DNA from: Georgfuchsia sp.
GTDB lineage: Bacteria > Pseudomonadota > Gammaproteobacteria > Burkholderiales > Rhodocyclaceae
Direction: 5' to 3'
DNA length: 64,000 bases
Assembly (NCBI GenBank): GCA_049276455.1
Contig: JBASWL010000224.1
Location: 50,351 to 114,350 of the forward strand
This document shows, one piece after another, positions 17,645-28,257 of the stretch. The notes under the pieces were generated by a model. It did no database searches, was not told the DNA's origin, and saw only the letters and a list, made by a program, of their open reading frames with translations. The position numbers were made by a program, and so were the translations under genes. Each line of letters starts with the position of its first letter. Positions within the stretch are counted from its first letter, which is position 1.

Positions 17645-19672
17645 TCAGGCTTTCAGCAATTGTTCGCGCCCTGCCATCCAGCGTTGCAGATGTCGCTCGG
17701 CGAAATCAGGATAGTCGCACAACATTTTGTCGGCAGCGGCACGCGCTGCTTCTACCATTTTCGTATCGTCGAGATCAGCATAACGCAGCAAGGGCATGCC
17801 GCTTTGGCGCGCGCCGATGAATTCTCCCGGGCCGCGCAGTGCCAGATCCTGGCGCGCGATCTCAAAACCGTCGCTGGTTTCATAAATGGCCTTGAGGCGC
17901 TGGCGGGCAGTTTGCGACAAGGGCGAGGCATATAGCAGGATACAGACCGAATCTGCAACGCCGCGCCCGATGCGGCCGCGCAACTGGTGAAGTTGGGCGA
18001 GGCCGAAGCGTTCGGCATGTTCGATCACCATGAGGCTGGCGTTGGGTACGTCGACGCCAACTTCGATTATCGTCGTTGCCACCAGCACCTGTATCTCGCC
18101 GCGCGTGAAGGAATCCATTGCCGCGGCCTTTTCTTCGCTGCGTAGCCGTCCATGAACCAGTCCGATGCGCAAGTCCGGCATGTCGGTCGTGAGATGCGTG
18201 AAGGTTTCTTCAGCAGTCTTGAGTTGCAGGGTTTCACTTTCTTCAACCAGTGGGCAGACCCAGTAAGCCTGGCGCCCCTGTTGGCAGCCTTCACGCACCC
18301 GGGCAATGACCTGGTCGCGCTTGCCTTCGGTCACGAGCTTGGTCTTTACCGGCGTCCTTCCCGGTGGCAGTTCATCCAGTACCGATACATCAAGATCGGC
18401 GTAATAACTCATCGCCAAGGTGCGCGGAATCGGCGTAGCCGACATGGTGAGTTGATGCGGTGATGCTGCTTTCTGCTTGAGTGCGAGGCGCTGGCGCACA
18501 CCAAAGCGGTGCTGCTCATCGACAATGGTCAGCCCCAGTTTCGCAAATGCGACATCGTCCTCGATCAGCGCATGCGTGCCGACCACCAGCATGGCGTCGC
18601 CGCTGGCAATGGCTGCGGCTATTTCGGTTTTCTGCTTTTTCCTGAGACTGCCCGACAGCCACGCTACTTGCATGTTCAGCGGGTCGAGCCAGGAACGCAG
18701 CTTGCGATAGTGCTGCTCGGCGAGGATTTCAGTGGGCGCCATCATCACCGCCTGATAACCGTTCTCCGCTGCCTGCAACATGGCGAGTGCAGCAACGATG
18801 GTCTTGCCGCTACCTACATCGCCCTGCAGCAGGCGTTGCATGGGGTACGGTTGCGCCAGGTCGGCGGCGATTTCGCACCACGACTTTTGCTGGGCACGCG
18901 TGAGCTTGAACGGCAGCGCCGCGAGCAGCTTTCCGGTCAGCCGGTTTTTCGCTGGCAGATACGGTGCGCCACGTGTCCGACGGGCAGCATAAGCACGCCG
19001 TAGCGAGAGCTGTTGTGCCAGCAATTCGTCGAAACGAATGCGCTGCCAGTAAGGCTGCAAGGCTCGGGTCAATTCATCCTCCGAAGCAGCCCCCGGCGGT
19101 TGGTGCAAATGGCGGATGCTTTCGGAAAACCCGTGCAGCGTGCCGCGTAGCTCGTCGGGAACTGTGTCGTCAAGCGCGTCCTGTTGCAAGGTATTGCCGA
19201 TCAGCTTGCGCAATGTCGTCTGGCCGACACCGGCAACCGTCGGATAGATCGGCGTCAATGCTTGCGGCAAGGGCTCTTCTCCACGCAAGACGTGAAAACG
19301 TGGATGGATCAATTCAGTGCCAAAGAACCCGCCGCGCACTTCGCCAAAGGCACGCAAGCGCGCGCCGGGTTGCAAGGCTTTTTGCTGGCTGGGGTAGAAA
19401 TTGAGAAAGCGCAACAGCAGCGTGCCGCTGCCATCGCGAACATGACACAGCAATTGACGTCGCGGCCGGTAGGCAATCTCGGTGGAGACGACTTCGAGTT
19501 CAAACTGCGCCGCCACGCCCGGCACCGCGTCGCGCACCGGTGTAATGCGGGTCTCGTCTTCATAACGCAGCGGCAGGTGCAGCAGCAGGTCGGCGTTGCG
19601 ATGCAGCCCCAGTTTTTCCAGCTTGGCGGCGAGCGCCGGCCCTGCGCCCGCGATTGGTGGCGTGTTACTCAA
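17645..19672 (-). CDS. recG: ATP-dependent DNA helicase RecG
   Basis: 675-aa ORF with a wedge domain plus helicase motifs: GDVGSGKT, DEQHRFGV, MSATPIPRT, HGRL....VLVATTIIEVGVDVPNA, QLRGRIGRG. Confidence 0.95.
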   Translation of the reverse strand: MSNTPPIAGAGPALAAKLEKLGLHRNADLLLHLPLRYEDETRITPVRDAVPGVAAQFELEVVSTEIAYRPRRQLLCHVRDGSGTLLLRFLNFYPSQQKALQPGARLRAFGEVRGGFFGTELIHPRFHVLRGEEPLPQALTPIYPTVAGVGQTTLRKLIGNTLQQDALDDTVPDELRGTLHGFSESIRHLHQPPGAASEDELTRALQPYWQRIRFDELLAQQLSLRRAYAARRTRGAPYLPAKNRLTGKLLAALPFKLTRAQQKSWCEIAADLAQPYPMQRLLQGDVGSGKTIVAALAMLQAAENGYQAVMMAPTEILAEQHYRKLRSWLDPLNMQVAWLSGSLRKKQKTEIAAAIASGDAMLVVGTHALIEDDVAFAKLGLTIVDEQHRFGVRQRLALKQKAASPHQLTMSATPIPRTLAMSYYADLDVSVLDELPPGRTPVKTKLVTEGKRDQVIARVREGCQQGRQAYWVCPLVEESETLQLKTAEETFTHLTTDMPDLRIGLVHGRLRSEEKAAAMDSFTRGEIQVLVATTIIEVGVDVPNASLMVIEHAERFGLAQLHQLRGRIGRGVADSVCILLYASPLSQTARQRLKAIYETSDGFEIARQDLALRGPGEFIGARQSGMPLLRYADLDDTKMVEAARAAADKMLCDYPDFAERHLQRWMAGREQLLKA

Positions 19673-20045
19673 CGAGAATTACGGCGTCGGCCTCCACCAG
19701 CGCCCCGCGCGGCAATTCTTTCACGCCTACTGCTGCGCGCGCCGGATAGGGCTCGGCCACGTAGAGTGCCATGACCTCATTGACCTTGGCGAAATTGGCG
19801 AGATCGGTGAGGTAGATGTTGAACTTGAGGGCGTTGTTGAGCGATGTGCCGGCAGCTTCGGCCACGGCCTTGAGGTTGTCGAAGACACGCACAATTTGCG
19901 CGTCGATGCCATCGACCATTTGCATGGTTCTCGGGTCGAGGCCGATCTGGCCCGACACATAAAGCGTGTTGCCGGCAAGTACCGCCTGTGAATAGATGCC
20001 GATGGCCGACGGAGCATTCGGGGTTGAGATGATGGTTCTTGTCAT
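19665..20045 (-). CDS. ridA: RidA/YjgF family reactive-intermediate deaminase
   Basis: Trimmed to ATG 20045 (MTRTIISTPNAPSAIGIYSQAV...). The C-terminal PARAAVGVKELPRGALVEADAV block is present. Confidence 0.9.
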   Translation of the reverse strand: MTRTIISTPNAPSAIGIYSQAVLAGNTLYVSGQIGLDPRTMQMVDGIDAQIVRVFDNLKAVAEAAGTSLNNALKFNIYLTDLANFAKVNEVMALYVAEPYPARAAVGVKELPRGALVEADAVILVE

Positions 20046-20085
20046 GGTACTTTTGCGCCAAAAGCGCAAGGATACTGTGTAAAAC

Positions 20086-20700
20086 CTAGTGGTGGATTGC
20101 CATCAACAAACCAGCATTGAGACCCATTGCATTCAGTTTGGTACGGGCTACATCTGCCTCCGCCTTGGTTCTGAATGGCCCCACCTGAACGCGGGCTTCT
20201 ATCTGGGCCGGAACACCGATCTTCTGCAATCTGGCGAGCAATTCCTGAGCATTATCGACATTGTTGAATACCCCCATTTGCAGCACAAAATGGCGCTCCC
20301 TTTGCGCATCCTGCGCCAAGGCACGAATGGGAGTCGGTTTTGCAAGCGGGTGCAACTGCTTGGGTAACGGTGCCGAAGCCGAGGAGCTTTCTTCCGGTTC
20401 CGCAGACATCTTGATGGTTGGGACAGCTTGCGGCTGCGGTGGCTCGGGCGGTATCGTAGCCTCCGGTGGTACGGCAACAGCATCAATCGGCTTCAAGGCA
20501 TCAGTCATGATGGGCGTTACGACAATCTTGGCAGAGGAACTCGCGGGAGCCACGTACAAGCTGTCAATGACTGCGAGTCCGCCAAGCAATACCACAATGG
20601 CAACCCCGGCAAGCGCAATACGATTGATCAGACGCCGCCGCAGCGTGTCTTCATCAAGGCTATCAGGCTGCAGCTCGGTATCCGTCATGTCGCTTTTCAC
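20086..20700 (-). CDS. SPOR domain-containing membrane protein
   Basis: It has an N-terminal membrane anchor, a Pro-rich linker and a C-terminal SPOR-like domain (FVLQMGVFNNVDNAQELLARLQKIGVPAQIEARVQVGPFRTKAEA). The start is uncertain (20700 or 20688). Confidence 0.7.
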   Translation of the reverse strand: MKSDMTDTELQPDSLDEDTLRRRLINRIALAGVAIVVLLGGLAVIDSLYVAPASSSAKIVVTPIMTDALKPIDAVAVPPEATIPPEPPQPQAVPTIKMSAEPEESSSASAPLPKQLHPLAKPTPIRALAQDAQRERHFVLQMGVFNNVDNAQELLARLQKIGVPAQIEARVQVGPFRTKAEADVARTKLNAMGLNAGLLMAIHH

Positions 20701-21211
20701 TCTCTACTGGGATTTGCGCCAACTCATCCTTCGCAAGGCTGCAATTCTTGGGATCGCGAGCAAGCACAGCTACCAGTTCCGCCTCGCTCATTGAAATGCC
20801 ACACCGGGAAGCGATTCCATTTGCACTGAAGCCGCTTTTGGCAAAGCTCATGGCCTCGTTGTAAAACGCAGCCCCACTCCGGCTACTGCGCTCATTGCGC
20901 AATAGCTTGAGTTCATTCCGCGTTGCTTGAAGCTCCGTGCGCAGGCGTTCGACTTCAATATCCAGCCGTTTCAACCCAGCCTCGATGCCGATCTGCCTCA
21001 GTTGATGGGGGAATGACGGATCGTCCGGCGACTGTGTGTCCGTGTCGGGCAGCAGTTGTCTTCCCACCCAGGGTTCGCGCGCGTGGGTAATGGCTGGTCT
21101 GTTGCGCTTGAGTTGCATCAGTTGCAGTACGGCGACAATGAGATATATAGCAGAAACCCCGGCGCAAAGCAGGATGGCATCATGTAATTCGGGCGCCGTA
21201 GTTTCCATCAT
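20663..21211 (-). CDS. DUF2802-like membrane-anchored coiled-coil protein
   Basis: 182-aa ORF with an N-terminal hydrophobic helix, a coiled coil and a C-terminal HTH-like GIASRCGISMSEAELVAVL. The family assignment is tentative. Confidence 0.5.
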   Translation of the reverse strand: MMETTAPELHDAILLCAGVSAIYLIVAVLQLMQLKRNRPAITHAREPWVGRQLLPDTDTQSPDDPSFPHQLRQIGIEAGLKRLDIEVERLRTELQATRNELKLLRNERSSRSGAAFYNEAMSFAKSGFSANGIASRCGISMSEAELVAVLARDPKNCSLAKDELAQIPVESEKRHDGYRAAA

Positions 21212-21440
21212 CGGGGCATCTCGAAATGCTTAGCTGGTGGCATGCCGGCATCTTAGTCGTCGGCTGATACCTGATAAACAAGGATCAAGAGAGGGTTTCG
21301 CCCATGTTTCTGCTCAAAAATTCACTCTCCCTGGCGCTTACTGACTTCCTTCTGCCGGTTCTGGCAGTGGTCGTGCTGTTATTCGTTATTGATGGCGCAA
21401 GCTCACGCGTCGCTGCTGCGTAGCGCACTTCCGGTCAGTC

Positions 21441-22631
21441 TCAGGTAAGCGTTATGCGCGCGAATTTGCGCTTGCCAACCTGCAGCACTACAGCGCTACC
21501 TGCCGTTAGCTGTAATGCCTTGTCGCTGACTTTCTCGCCATCGGCACGCACGCCACCAGCTTCGATCATGCGCATCGCCTCCGAGGTGCTTGTCACTAGT
21601 CCCGCTTGCTTGAGCACTTGCGGAATCGCACCGGCAGCTATTGTCAGTTCGAGCATATTCTCCGGAATCTCACTGCGCTGGAAGCGCGCGATGAAATTCT
21701 GCAACGCCGTTTCGCCTGCTTGTGCGCCGCCGTGGAAACGGCTGACGATCTCTTTGGCCAATTCGAATTTGATATCACGTGGATTAGCCCCGGCTTCAAC
21801 CTGTTTTTTAAGCGCGGCAATTTCAGTGACCGATTTAAATGAGAGCAGGTCAAAATAGCGCCACATGAGAGTATCCGATACCGACATCAGCTTGCCGAAA
21901 ATTTCGTCTGGCGCTTCGCTTATGCCGACATAATTACCCAGCGACTTCGACATCTTGTTGACACCATCCAGACCCTCAAGCAACGGCATGGTCAGGATGC
22001 ACTGCTGCGACTGGCCATACTGCCTTTGCAATTCACGTCCCATGAGCAGATTGAATTTCTGATCGGTGCCACCAAGCTCAACATCCGCCTTCATCGCAAC
22101 CGAGTCGTACCCCTGTATCAGAGGATAGAGAAATTCATGAATGGCAATCGGTTGCTTATTGCTGTAGCGCTTTGAAAAATCGTCCCTTTCCAACATGCGT
22201 GCCACAGTATGGTGCGAAGCCAGACGAATCAGCCCCGCCGCGCCCAACTCTTCGCACCAAGTGGAATTGAAACAGATCTCGGTTTGGGCTGGATCGAGGA
22301 TCTTGAACACCTGCGCCTGGTAGGTCTTGGCATTTTCCGCCACCTGTTCATGCGACAAAGGTGGACGCGTGGCGTTCTTGCCACTCGGATCACCGATCCT
22401 GCCCGTGAAGTCCCCGATCAAGAACATGACGTGGTGCCCCAACCCCTGAAAGTGGCGCAGCTTGTTGATAAGTACTGTGTGGCCAAGATGCAGGTCGGGT
22501 GCGGTTGGATCAAAACCGGCCTTGATGCGCAAGGGAAGACCTGTCTTGAGCTTGTCGACCAGTTCAGCCTCGATCAGCAATTCATCGGCGCCGCGCTTGA
22601 TCAGCGCCAGTTGGGATTCGATATCGATCAT
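21441..22631 (-). CDS. tyrS: Tyrosine--tRNA ligase (type 2)
   Basis: Trimmed to ATG 22631 ([19 protein letters not shown]). Class I motifs are HLGH (DLHLGHTV) and KMSKS. A C-terminal S4-like domain is present. Confidence 0.9.
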   Translation of the reverse strand: MIDIESQLALIKRGADELLIEAELVDKLKTGLPLRIKAGFDPTAPDLHLGHTVLINKLRHFQGLGHHVMFLIGDFTGRIGDPSGKNATRPPLSHEQVAENAKTYQAQVFKILDPAQTEICFNSTWCEELGAAGLIRLASHHTVARMLERDDFSKRYSNKQPIAIHEFLYPLIQGYDSVAMKADVELGGTDQKFNLLMGRELQRQYGQSQQCILTMPLLEGLDGVNKMSKSLGNYVGISEAPDEIFGKLMSVSDTLMWRYFDLLSFKSVTEIAALKKQVEAGANPRDIKFELAKEIVSRFHGGAQAGETALQNFIARFQRSEIPENMLELTIAAGAIPQVLKQAGLVTSTSEAMRMIEAGGVRADGEKVSDKALQLTAGSAVVLQVGKRKFARITLT

Positions 22632-22706
22632 TGAAAAAGGAGCTGGGGTTGTCTGGAGCCGCGTTTTTGTTAAACTCGCCAATTCCGACGCTGGCCCAAC
22701 TAACTG

Positions 22707-24038
22707 ATGATTGAAGAAAAGGGTTCCATTTTAGCCTACCTCCATAGCCGCAGAACGGGGCGGGGCCGTCATATGCTGCCAGGTCTGGCTGTTGTTATTG
22801 TTGCTTGCTTTGGCGTGGTTGCCGCATTTGGCAACGTTTCCAGCGGGAAGGAAGCCAACATAGCGCAGCAGAATATTATTGAAACGTTGGCGCTTTCCCA
22901 AGCTACTTTGGTCGATGAGAATCCGGGCTTGTTCATCCGCGAGGAAAAGGTTCATCCTGGAGATACCGCCTACGAATTGCTGGGTCGCCTCGGCGTAGAA
23001 GACGTCAGCATGATCGACGCCGCGCGAGCAGATCCCGAGGCTCGGGCAGTTTTTCGCCAGTTGTCTCCCGGAAAAATAATCACGGCTTACTTGGACCGCG
23101 ACGGCCAACTGCATTCCCTGATCTTTCCGCTTAATGACAGGCAGGATCAGGTACTGGAACTTGAGAACGCGAAAGAGGGCTTGCGTGTTTCACAGAAAAA
23201 CCTTCCGCTCGAGACGCGCATAGCAGTCAAATTTGCCGACATCAATTATTCGCTGTTTAGTGCAACCGATGCGGCAGGCATTCCCGACAACATTGCCACC
23301 CAGCTGGTAGATATATTTAGCGGCGACATAGACTTTCATCGCGATTTGCGCAAGGGAGACCGCTTCTCCGTTGTGTATGAGTCGGTCACGCATAACGGAA
23401 AGTCCGTGCGCAGCGGCCGGATTCTTGCGGCCGAATTTATAAACAATGGCCAGAATTTCAAGGCAGTCTGGTTCCAGGACAGCAAAGACAGAGGCGGCTA
23501 TTACACACCTGAAGGCAAAAGCCTGCATAAGGCTTTTCTACGTTCACCACTGGAATTCTCGCGGGTCACCTCGGGCTTTTCAATGTCGCGCTACCACCCG
23601 ATTCTGCATAAACGGCGCGCCCACACGGGCGTTGATTATGGCGCTCCCATTGGCACACGTGTCAAGGCGACCAGCGATGCCATCGTTGAGTTCGCCGGTA
23701 CCAAGGGCGGCTATGGCAAAGTAATCATACTGAACCATCAGGGGCCTTACACAACCGTCTACGGCCATCTTTCGGGCTTTGCCAAGGGACTTCGCAAAGG
23801 GAAACGCGTTTCGCAAGGTGATGTCATTGGCTATGTCGGCATGACCGGTCTCGCTACAGGGCCGCATCTGCACTACGAATTCCGTATCAACGGCGTTTTC
23901 AAGAATCCATTATCCGTAGTGCTTCCTGGCTCTCCGCCCTTGTCCAGCGCGCAGACAGCTCGTTTCCATAGCGAATCTGCTGTATGGTTGGCCAGACTCG
24001 ACGCAGTACAGAGTATCAATCTAGCTTCGGCAGATTAA
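22707..24038 (+). CDS. M23 family peptidoglycan metalloendopeptidase
   Basis: 443-aa ORF with a membrane anchor. M23 catalytic blocks are [14 protein letters not shown] and [12 protein letters not shown]. The start could alternatively be ATG 22773. Confidence 0.85.
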   Translation: MIEEKGSILAYLHSRRTGRGRHMLPGLAVVIVACFGVVAAFGNVSSGKEANIAQQNIIETLALSQATLVDENPGLFIREEKVHPGDTAYELLGRLGVEDVSMIDAARADPEARAVFRQLSPGKIITAYLDRDGQLHSLIFPLNDRQDQVLELENAKEGLRVSQKNLPLETRIAVKFADINYSLFSATDAAGIPDNIATQLVDIFSGDIDFHRDLRKGDRFSVVYESVTHNGKSVRSGRILAAEFINNGQNFKAVWFQDSKDRGGYYTPEGKSLHKAFLRSPLEFSRVTSGFSMSRYHPILHKRRAHTGVDYGAPIGTRVKATSDAIVEFAGTKGGYGKVIILNHQGPYTTVYGHLSGFAKGLRKGKRVSQGDVIGYVGMTGLATGPHLHYEFRINGVFKNPLSVVLPGSPPLSSAQTARFHSESAVWLARLDAVQSINLASAD

Positions 24039-24286
24039 TTGCTCGACATAGCGAGCCTGGATCGCCTATCGACTTGAAGTCCGGTACCCGTCTGGATGGA
24101 GTCGGGGCGGTACTTTCACCTTTGGTGACAACTCCCTACAAACGCTTGCTTCCTGCCATTTGCTTTTCCCGGTACAAATACGCAAGGAGGGTCTAGCTCT
24201 TCAGCATGCGGGGCACAACGAGTTGCATCGCGCCGCTTTGCTTGGCAATTAACTCGCCGCCATCTACCTCGCGCTATCAGAAAGCA

Positions 24287-24325
24287 AAAGGGCGCAACGA
24301 GCTTGCCCCCTGCGCCCTTTGTTTC
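24287..24325. terminator. Bidirectional terminator-like hairpin between the M23 peptidase gene and erpA
   Basis: AAAGGGCGCA...TGCGCCCTTT has T-rich sequence on both strands. It lies about 20 nt downstream of the erpA stop. Confidence 0.45.
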
Positions 24326-24341
24326 GGGAGAAACTGAAGAC

Positions 24342-24692
24342 TCAGGCCGAGAATGATGATCCGCAACCACACGTACTAGTGGCGTTGGGATTCTTGATCA
24401 CGAACTGCGAACCTTCCAATCCTTCGGTGTAGTCTATTTCTGCCCCTACAAGGTACTGATAGCTCATCGGGTCTATCAACAGGGTAACGCCGGATTTTTC
24501 CAGCACAGTGTCATCCTCGTTGCTGACTTCGTCGAACGTAAACCCATACTGAAAACCTGAGCAACCGCCGCCACTGACAAATACACGGAGTTTGAGTTCG
24601 GGGTTGCCTTCTTCGGCGATCAAATCCCTCACCTTGTTCACGGCATTGTCGGTGAAGTTAAGGGGCATGGGCATTTCGGTCTGTGCATTCAT
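24342..24692 (-). CDS. erpA: Iron-sulfur cluster insertion protein ErpA (HesB/IscA family)
   Basis: 116 aa with [23 protein letters not shown] and a C-terminal CGCGSSF. Confidence 0.9.
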   Translation of the reverse strand: MNAQTEMPMPLNFTDNAVNKVRDLIAEEGNPELKLRVFVSGGGCSGFQYGFTFDEVSNEDDTVLEKSGVTLLIDPMSYQYLVGAEIDYTEGLEGSQFVIKNPNATSTCGCGSSFSA

Positions 24693-24727
24693 GTGATTCT
24701 CCTTTCTGATGCTGTGGGCTGGATTCC

Positions 24728-25129
24728 TTATTTGGTGTTGGCCAGCTTTAATTCAACTGATTTCGCCGAGGCGCCCTGGTGGATCAGCCGCCCTTGAACA
24801 ACGGCGCCAAGGTGTATTTCTATCGTATTGTATTCCACATCTCCTGTTACCCGGGCCTTGGCCTGGAGTTCCAGAAAACCGCTGGAATGTATTGGGCCGA
24901 CCACGGTGCCATTAACAACCAGATGCGAAACGGTAATTTCGCCTTCGATGCGAGCCTGCTCACTGATAACCAGTGTGCTTGACTGGTCACCTGTCGCCAT
25001 GACATTGCCGCAGATTTCGCCGTCGACACGCAATCCGCCAGTAAAAGCGACATTACCCTCCACCTTGGTACCAGCACCGACAAGGCTGTCAATCCGGCTT
25101 GGGGTCTTGTGAGAATTCTTCGAAAACAT
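24728..25129 (-). CDS. Bactofilin family cytoskeletal protein
   Basis: 133 aa with a repetitive beta-helix pattern: [23 protein letters not shown]...[22 protein letters not shown]...ARVTGDVEY. Confidence 0.85.
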   Translation of the reverse strand: MFSKNSHKTPSRIDSLVGAGTKVEGNVAFTGGLRVDGEICGNVMATGDQSSTLVISEQARIEGEITVSHLVVNGTVVGPIHSSGFLELQAKARVTGDVEYNTIEIHLGAVVQGRLIHQGASAKSVELKLANTK

Positions 25130-25150
25130 GGCAATGCCCTCCTGTTTGGC

Positions 25151-25885
25151 TTATACCGTCACTTGTTGCGATGCCACTACAGTCAAGCCCTGCATCAAGC
25201 GCACTTCGAGTTTCTTGAGAACAGCGTTGGCCGGGAGCATAAAGCTGCCCTCAATACGGCGGAAGTACTTGAAGCTGACTAAAAATCTCTGAGGATCTGA
25301 TGCATCAGTGTCGGAAATGTTCACGGTAACAGTTTCTCCGCCCTGCTGAATTGTCGCTACCATTTGCAGTCTCCCCTTGAATTCCCGGGCCGGGCGAGAT
25401 ACCGGTGCCGCCAGAAAGAATCGGTAACGACAGGCATCCCCCGCGGTTGAGGCAGGTATCACCCGCATGCGGTGAATGCTGACAGCATTATTTTTCGTGT
25501 CACCCGAGGCAAGACTCTCGAATGCTGCCATATCTTCACGCAAGCGATTATTCTCAGCCTCCAGCCGTTTTACCTGCTCGCTGAGTTTCTGTTGTACTGT
25601 ACGTTCAATCTGCAGCGAGGCCTCGCTACCATTGCTAATTGAACGCAAATGCTCCGCTTCGGTTTCCAGCACCTCAACGCGACTGCGGAGACTGCCTACC
25701 AGCTCTGCCGAGGTATTGTCAAAGCCGGAATAACGACTACTGATGACATAAATCCAACTTACCAGTAAAGCAGTTGCAATTAACAGCAGAATTGTAATCA
25801 ATGCGCGCCAATGCCAAGGAATATGGGCACGTACTGTCACCCGCGGCGCTGACATGCCGAATCTGCTCCGCAGACGGCGCAGCAT
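25151..25885 (-). CDS. Membrane-anchored coiled-coil protein (DUF6776-like)
   Basis: The frame is open from 25921. The preferred start is ATG 25885, which shares one nucleotide with the argC stop (TGATG). It has one hydrophobic helix (LITILLLIATALLVSWIYV) and then a coiled coil (LETEAEHLRS...VKRLEAENNRLRED). Confidence 0.55.
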   Translation of the reverse strand: MLRRLRSRFGMSAPRVTVRAHIPWHWRALITILLLIATALLVSWIYVISSRYSGFDNTSAELVGSLRSRVEVLETEAEHLRSISNGSEASLQIERTVQQKLSEQVKRLEAENNRLREDMAAFESLASGDTKNNAVSIHRMRVIPASTAGDACRYRFFLAAPVSRPAREFKGRLQMVATIQQGGETVTVNISDTDASDPQRFLVSFKYFRRIEGSFMLPANAVLKKLEVRLMQGLTVVASQQVTV

Positions 25886-26913
25886 CAAGGAAGAAGGGGA
25901 ACGTGCGAAAGTCCGGTACATTCGTCGAAACCAAACATCAGGTTCATGTTTTGTATCGCCTGTCCCGCAGCGCCTTTGACAAGATTATCGATCACGGAGA
26001 GCACCACCAGCGTATTGCCATTTTGTGGTCTATGCAAGGCAATTCTGCACATATTCGAGGCCCTTACCGAACGCGTTTCGGGATGCGATTTGGGTGGCAG
26101 TACGTCAATAAATGGTTCCCTCGCATAGCGCTGCTCAAAGATTGCCTGAAAATCGACTTCCCTGGTGATGCGTGCGTACAGAGTTGCGTGAATTCCCCGA
26201 ATCATCGGTGTCAGATGTGGCACAAAAGTTAAACCAACCTCACGCCCTGCCGCCAAGGCCAAACCTTGGCATATCTCAGGCAGGTGGCGATGCCCTGGCA
26301 CTCCATAGGCTTTAAAATTATCGGCTGCTTCGGAAAACAGAATATGAGTTTCAGCTTTGCGTCCAGCACCCGACACGCCAGATTTGGCATCGGCGATCAG
26401 GCTGTTAACGTCGATGCATTCCGACTCTACCAAGGGTAGGAAGCCAAGCTGTGTTGCTGTCGGGTAACAACCGGGATTGGCAACCAAGCTGGCTTTCCTG
26501 ATTGCTTCCCGATTTACTTCTGGCAGACCATAGACCGCTTCGGCCAGCCAGTGTGGGCTCGCGTGCGGCATGCCATACCATTCTTCCCACGCACTGGCAT
26601 CCTTGAGCCGAAAGTCCGCTGCAAGGTCAATTACCTTGATACCTGCATCAAGCAGTGCCGGCGCCTGTTGCATGGCAACCCCGTTAGGGGTCGCAAAAAA
26701 AACGAGGTCGCATTTTTCGAGCGCGGCAGACGCGGGATCCGAGAAGGCCAATGAGACGCGACCGCGCAGGCTGGAGAACATATCCGCTACCGGCGTACCA
26801 GCCTCACCGCGAGAGGTAATAGCAACCAAATCCACTTCAGAATGCTGGGCCAGCAGCCTGAGCAGTTCAACTCCTGTATAGCCGGTACCACCAACAACGC
26901 CTACCTTGATCAT
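25885..26913 (-). CDS. argC: N-acetyl-gamma-glutamyl-phosphate reductase ArgC
   Basis: Trimmed to ATG 26913 ([21 protein letters not shown]). The active-site block is ANPGCYPTA. Confidence 0.95.
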   Translation of the reverse strand: MIKVGVVGGTGYTGVELLRLLAQHSEVDLVAITSRGEAGTPVADMFSSLRGRVSLAFSDPASAALEKCDLVFFATPNGVAMQQAPALLDAGIKVIDLAADFRLKDASAWEEWYGMPHASPHWLAEAVYGLPEVNREAIRKASLVANPGCYPTATQLGFLPLVESECIDVNSLIADAKSGVSGAGRKAETHILFSEAADNFKAYGVPGHRHLPEICQGLALAAGREVGLTFVPHLTPMIRGIHATLYARITREVDFQAIFEQRYAREPFIDVLPPKSHPETRSVRASNMCRIALHRPQNGNTLVVLSVIDNLVKGAAGQAIQNMNLMFGFDECTGLSHVPLLP

Positions 26914-26955
26914 TGCAAGCTCCGTAAAGTCTTGGTGAGATAGTAGCGCACAGAC

Positions 26956-26982
26956 CAAAAAGCCGCCTGCAGGCGGCTTTTT
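26956..26982 (-). terminator. Rho-independent terminator after rpsI
   Basis: AAAAAGCCGCC-TGC-AGGCGGCTTTTT is a palindrome with U-runs on either strand, about 20 nt downstream of the rpsI stop. Confidence 0.7.
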
Positions 26983-27003
26983 GGAAGCATCGAAGCGGGA
27001 ATT

Positions 27004-27396
27004 TTAGCGCTTCGAGAATTGTTTGCGGCGACGTGCCTTGTGGAAGCCAACTTTCTTACGTTCGACTGCGCGCGCATCGCGCGTTACAAAACCTGCTTGA
27101 GACAAAGCAGGCTTTAGGGTTGCATCGTATTCGATCAGGGCGCGTGTAATGCCGTGGCGCACTGCACCTGCCTGGCCGGACTCGCCCCCACCCACCACTG
27201 TAACCATGATGTCGAAGGTGCCCGAATGCTGCGTCAGTTCAAGCGGTTGACGCACGACCATGCGGCCGGTCTCGCGCGAGAAAAAATCGTCGAGCGGCTT
27301 GTTGTTGACAATAAACTTGCCACTGCCCTGCTTCATGAATACACGTGCGATCGCAGTCTTGCGACGACCGGTGCCATAGTAGTAATTGGTGGCCAT
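27004..27396 (-). CDS. rpsI: 30S ribosomal protein S9
   Basis: 130 aa: [14 protein letters not shown]...[19 protein letters not shown]...[17 protein letters not shown]. Confidence 0.97.
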   Translation of the reverse strand: MATNYYYGTGRRKTAIARVFMKQGSGKFIVNNKPLDDFFSRETGRMVVRQPLELTQHSGTFDIMVTVVGGGESGQAGAVRHGITRALIEYDATLKPALSQAGFVTRDARAVERKKVGFHKARRRKQFSKR

Positions 27397-27398
27397 AC

Positions 27399-27827
27399 TT
27401 AAATCTCCAGTGCCTTGGGCTGCTGTGCGCTGTGCGGATGTTCAGTGCCCGCGTAGCACTTCATTTTCTTCAGCATTGCATAGCCGAGTGGGCCCTTAGG
27501 CAACATGCCCTTGACGGCTTTTTCCAGTACGCGCTCCGGGAAACGCTGCTGTAGCTTGTTGAAGTTGGTTTCATAAATCCCTCCGGGATAACCAGAGTGA
27601 CGAAAATACTTTTTATCCTCGGCTTTGTTGCCGGTTACGCGCAGTTTATCGACATTAACCACGACGATGTAGTCACCGGTATCAACGTGAGGGGTGTATA
27701 CCGGCTTGTGCTTGCCGCGCAAGCGTTTTGCAATTTCAGTCGCAAGACGTCCAAGCACCTTGTCAGTTGCATCGACGACGAGCCAGTCGCGCTGGACTTC
27801 ATGCGGCTTGGCAGAAAACGTTTTCAT
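27399..27827 (-). CDS. rplM: 50S ribosomal protein L13
   Basis: 142 aa: [20 protein letters not shown]...[34 protein letters not shown]. Confidence 0.97.
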   Translation of the reverse strand: MKTFSAKPHEVQRDWLVVDATDKVLGRLATEIAKRLRGKHKPVYTPHVDTGDYIVVVNVDKLRVTGNKAEDKKYFRHSGYPGGIYETNFNKLQQRFPERVLEKAVKGMLPKGPLGYAMLKKMKCYAGTEHPHSAQQPKALEI

Positions 27828-27892
27828 GAGGAAACCTCGGTTTTAATGAGCCTAGGGAAAAACCCCCATGGGCAGAATGCGGAAAGCCGCGC

Positions 27893-27922
27893 ATTGTATG
27901 TCAGCCATTACAGCAGTGTCAA
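27893..27922 (-). promoter_or_regulatory. Candidate sigma-70 promoter of rplM-rpsI
   Basis: The minus strand reads TTGACA-18 nt-TACAAT, about 65 nt upstream of the rplM start. Confidence 0.55.
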
Positions 27923-27948
27923 ACCTTTGCCGAACCACGCATTGCAAC

Positions 27949-27976
27949 AAAAAAAACGCAACCCCTAGGGGTTGCG
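27949..27976 (-). terminator. Strong orphan rho-independent terminator upstream of the rplM promoter
   Basis: The minus strand reads CGCAACCC-CTAG-GGGTTGCG followed by T8. There is no annotated minus-strand CDS immediately upstream. Confidence 0.6.
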
Positions 27977-28257
27977 CAGAATTCGCCCCCTTTGCGGGGA
28001 CGAGGAGGAGAAGTTGCTGATGCTGAAAAATTGCTACAGCGATCAATGTGGAGTGATCTTAACCATTATTTTGTTGCAGTGCAAGAATATCTTGCTCTCT
28101 TTTGATAAACATCAAGAGACTATTTAAATACATGATTTATATAAACATAATAAAATATAGGGTTATTTTGGTAGCGGGTAACAATACATAATGAATACTG
28201 CCTTAAGGAATGAAAAAATAGGGTCGGATACAATTCCATGCATCGAATTCAAGCAAG

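Noticed and set aside
27852-28046. 64-aa minus-strand ORF in the rplM upstream region
   Set aside because: It runs straight through two hairpins, the T8 terminator and the rplM promoter. There is no RBS and the composition is implausible.
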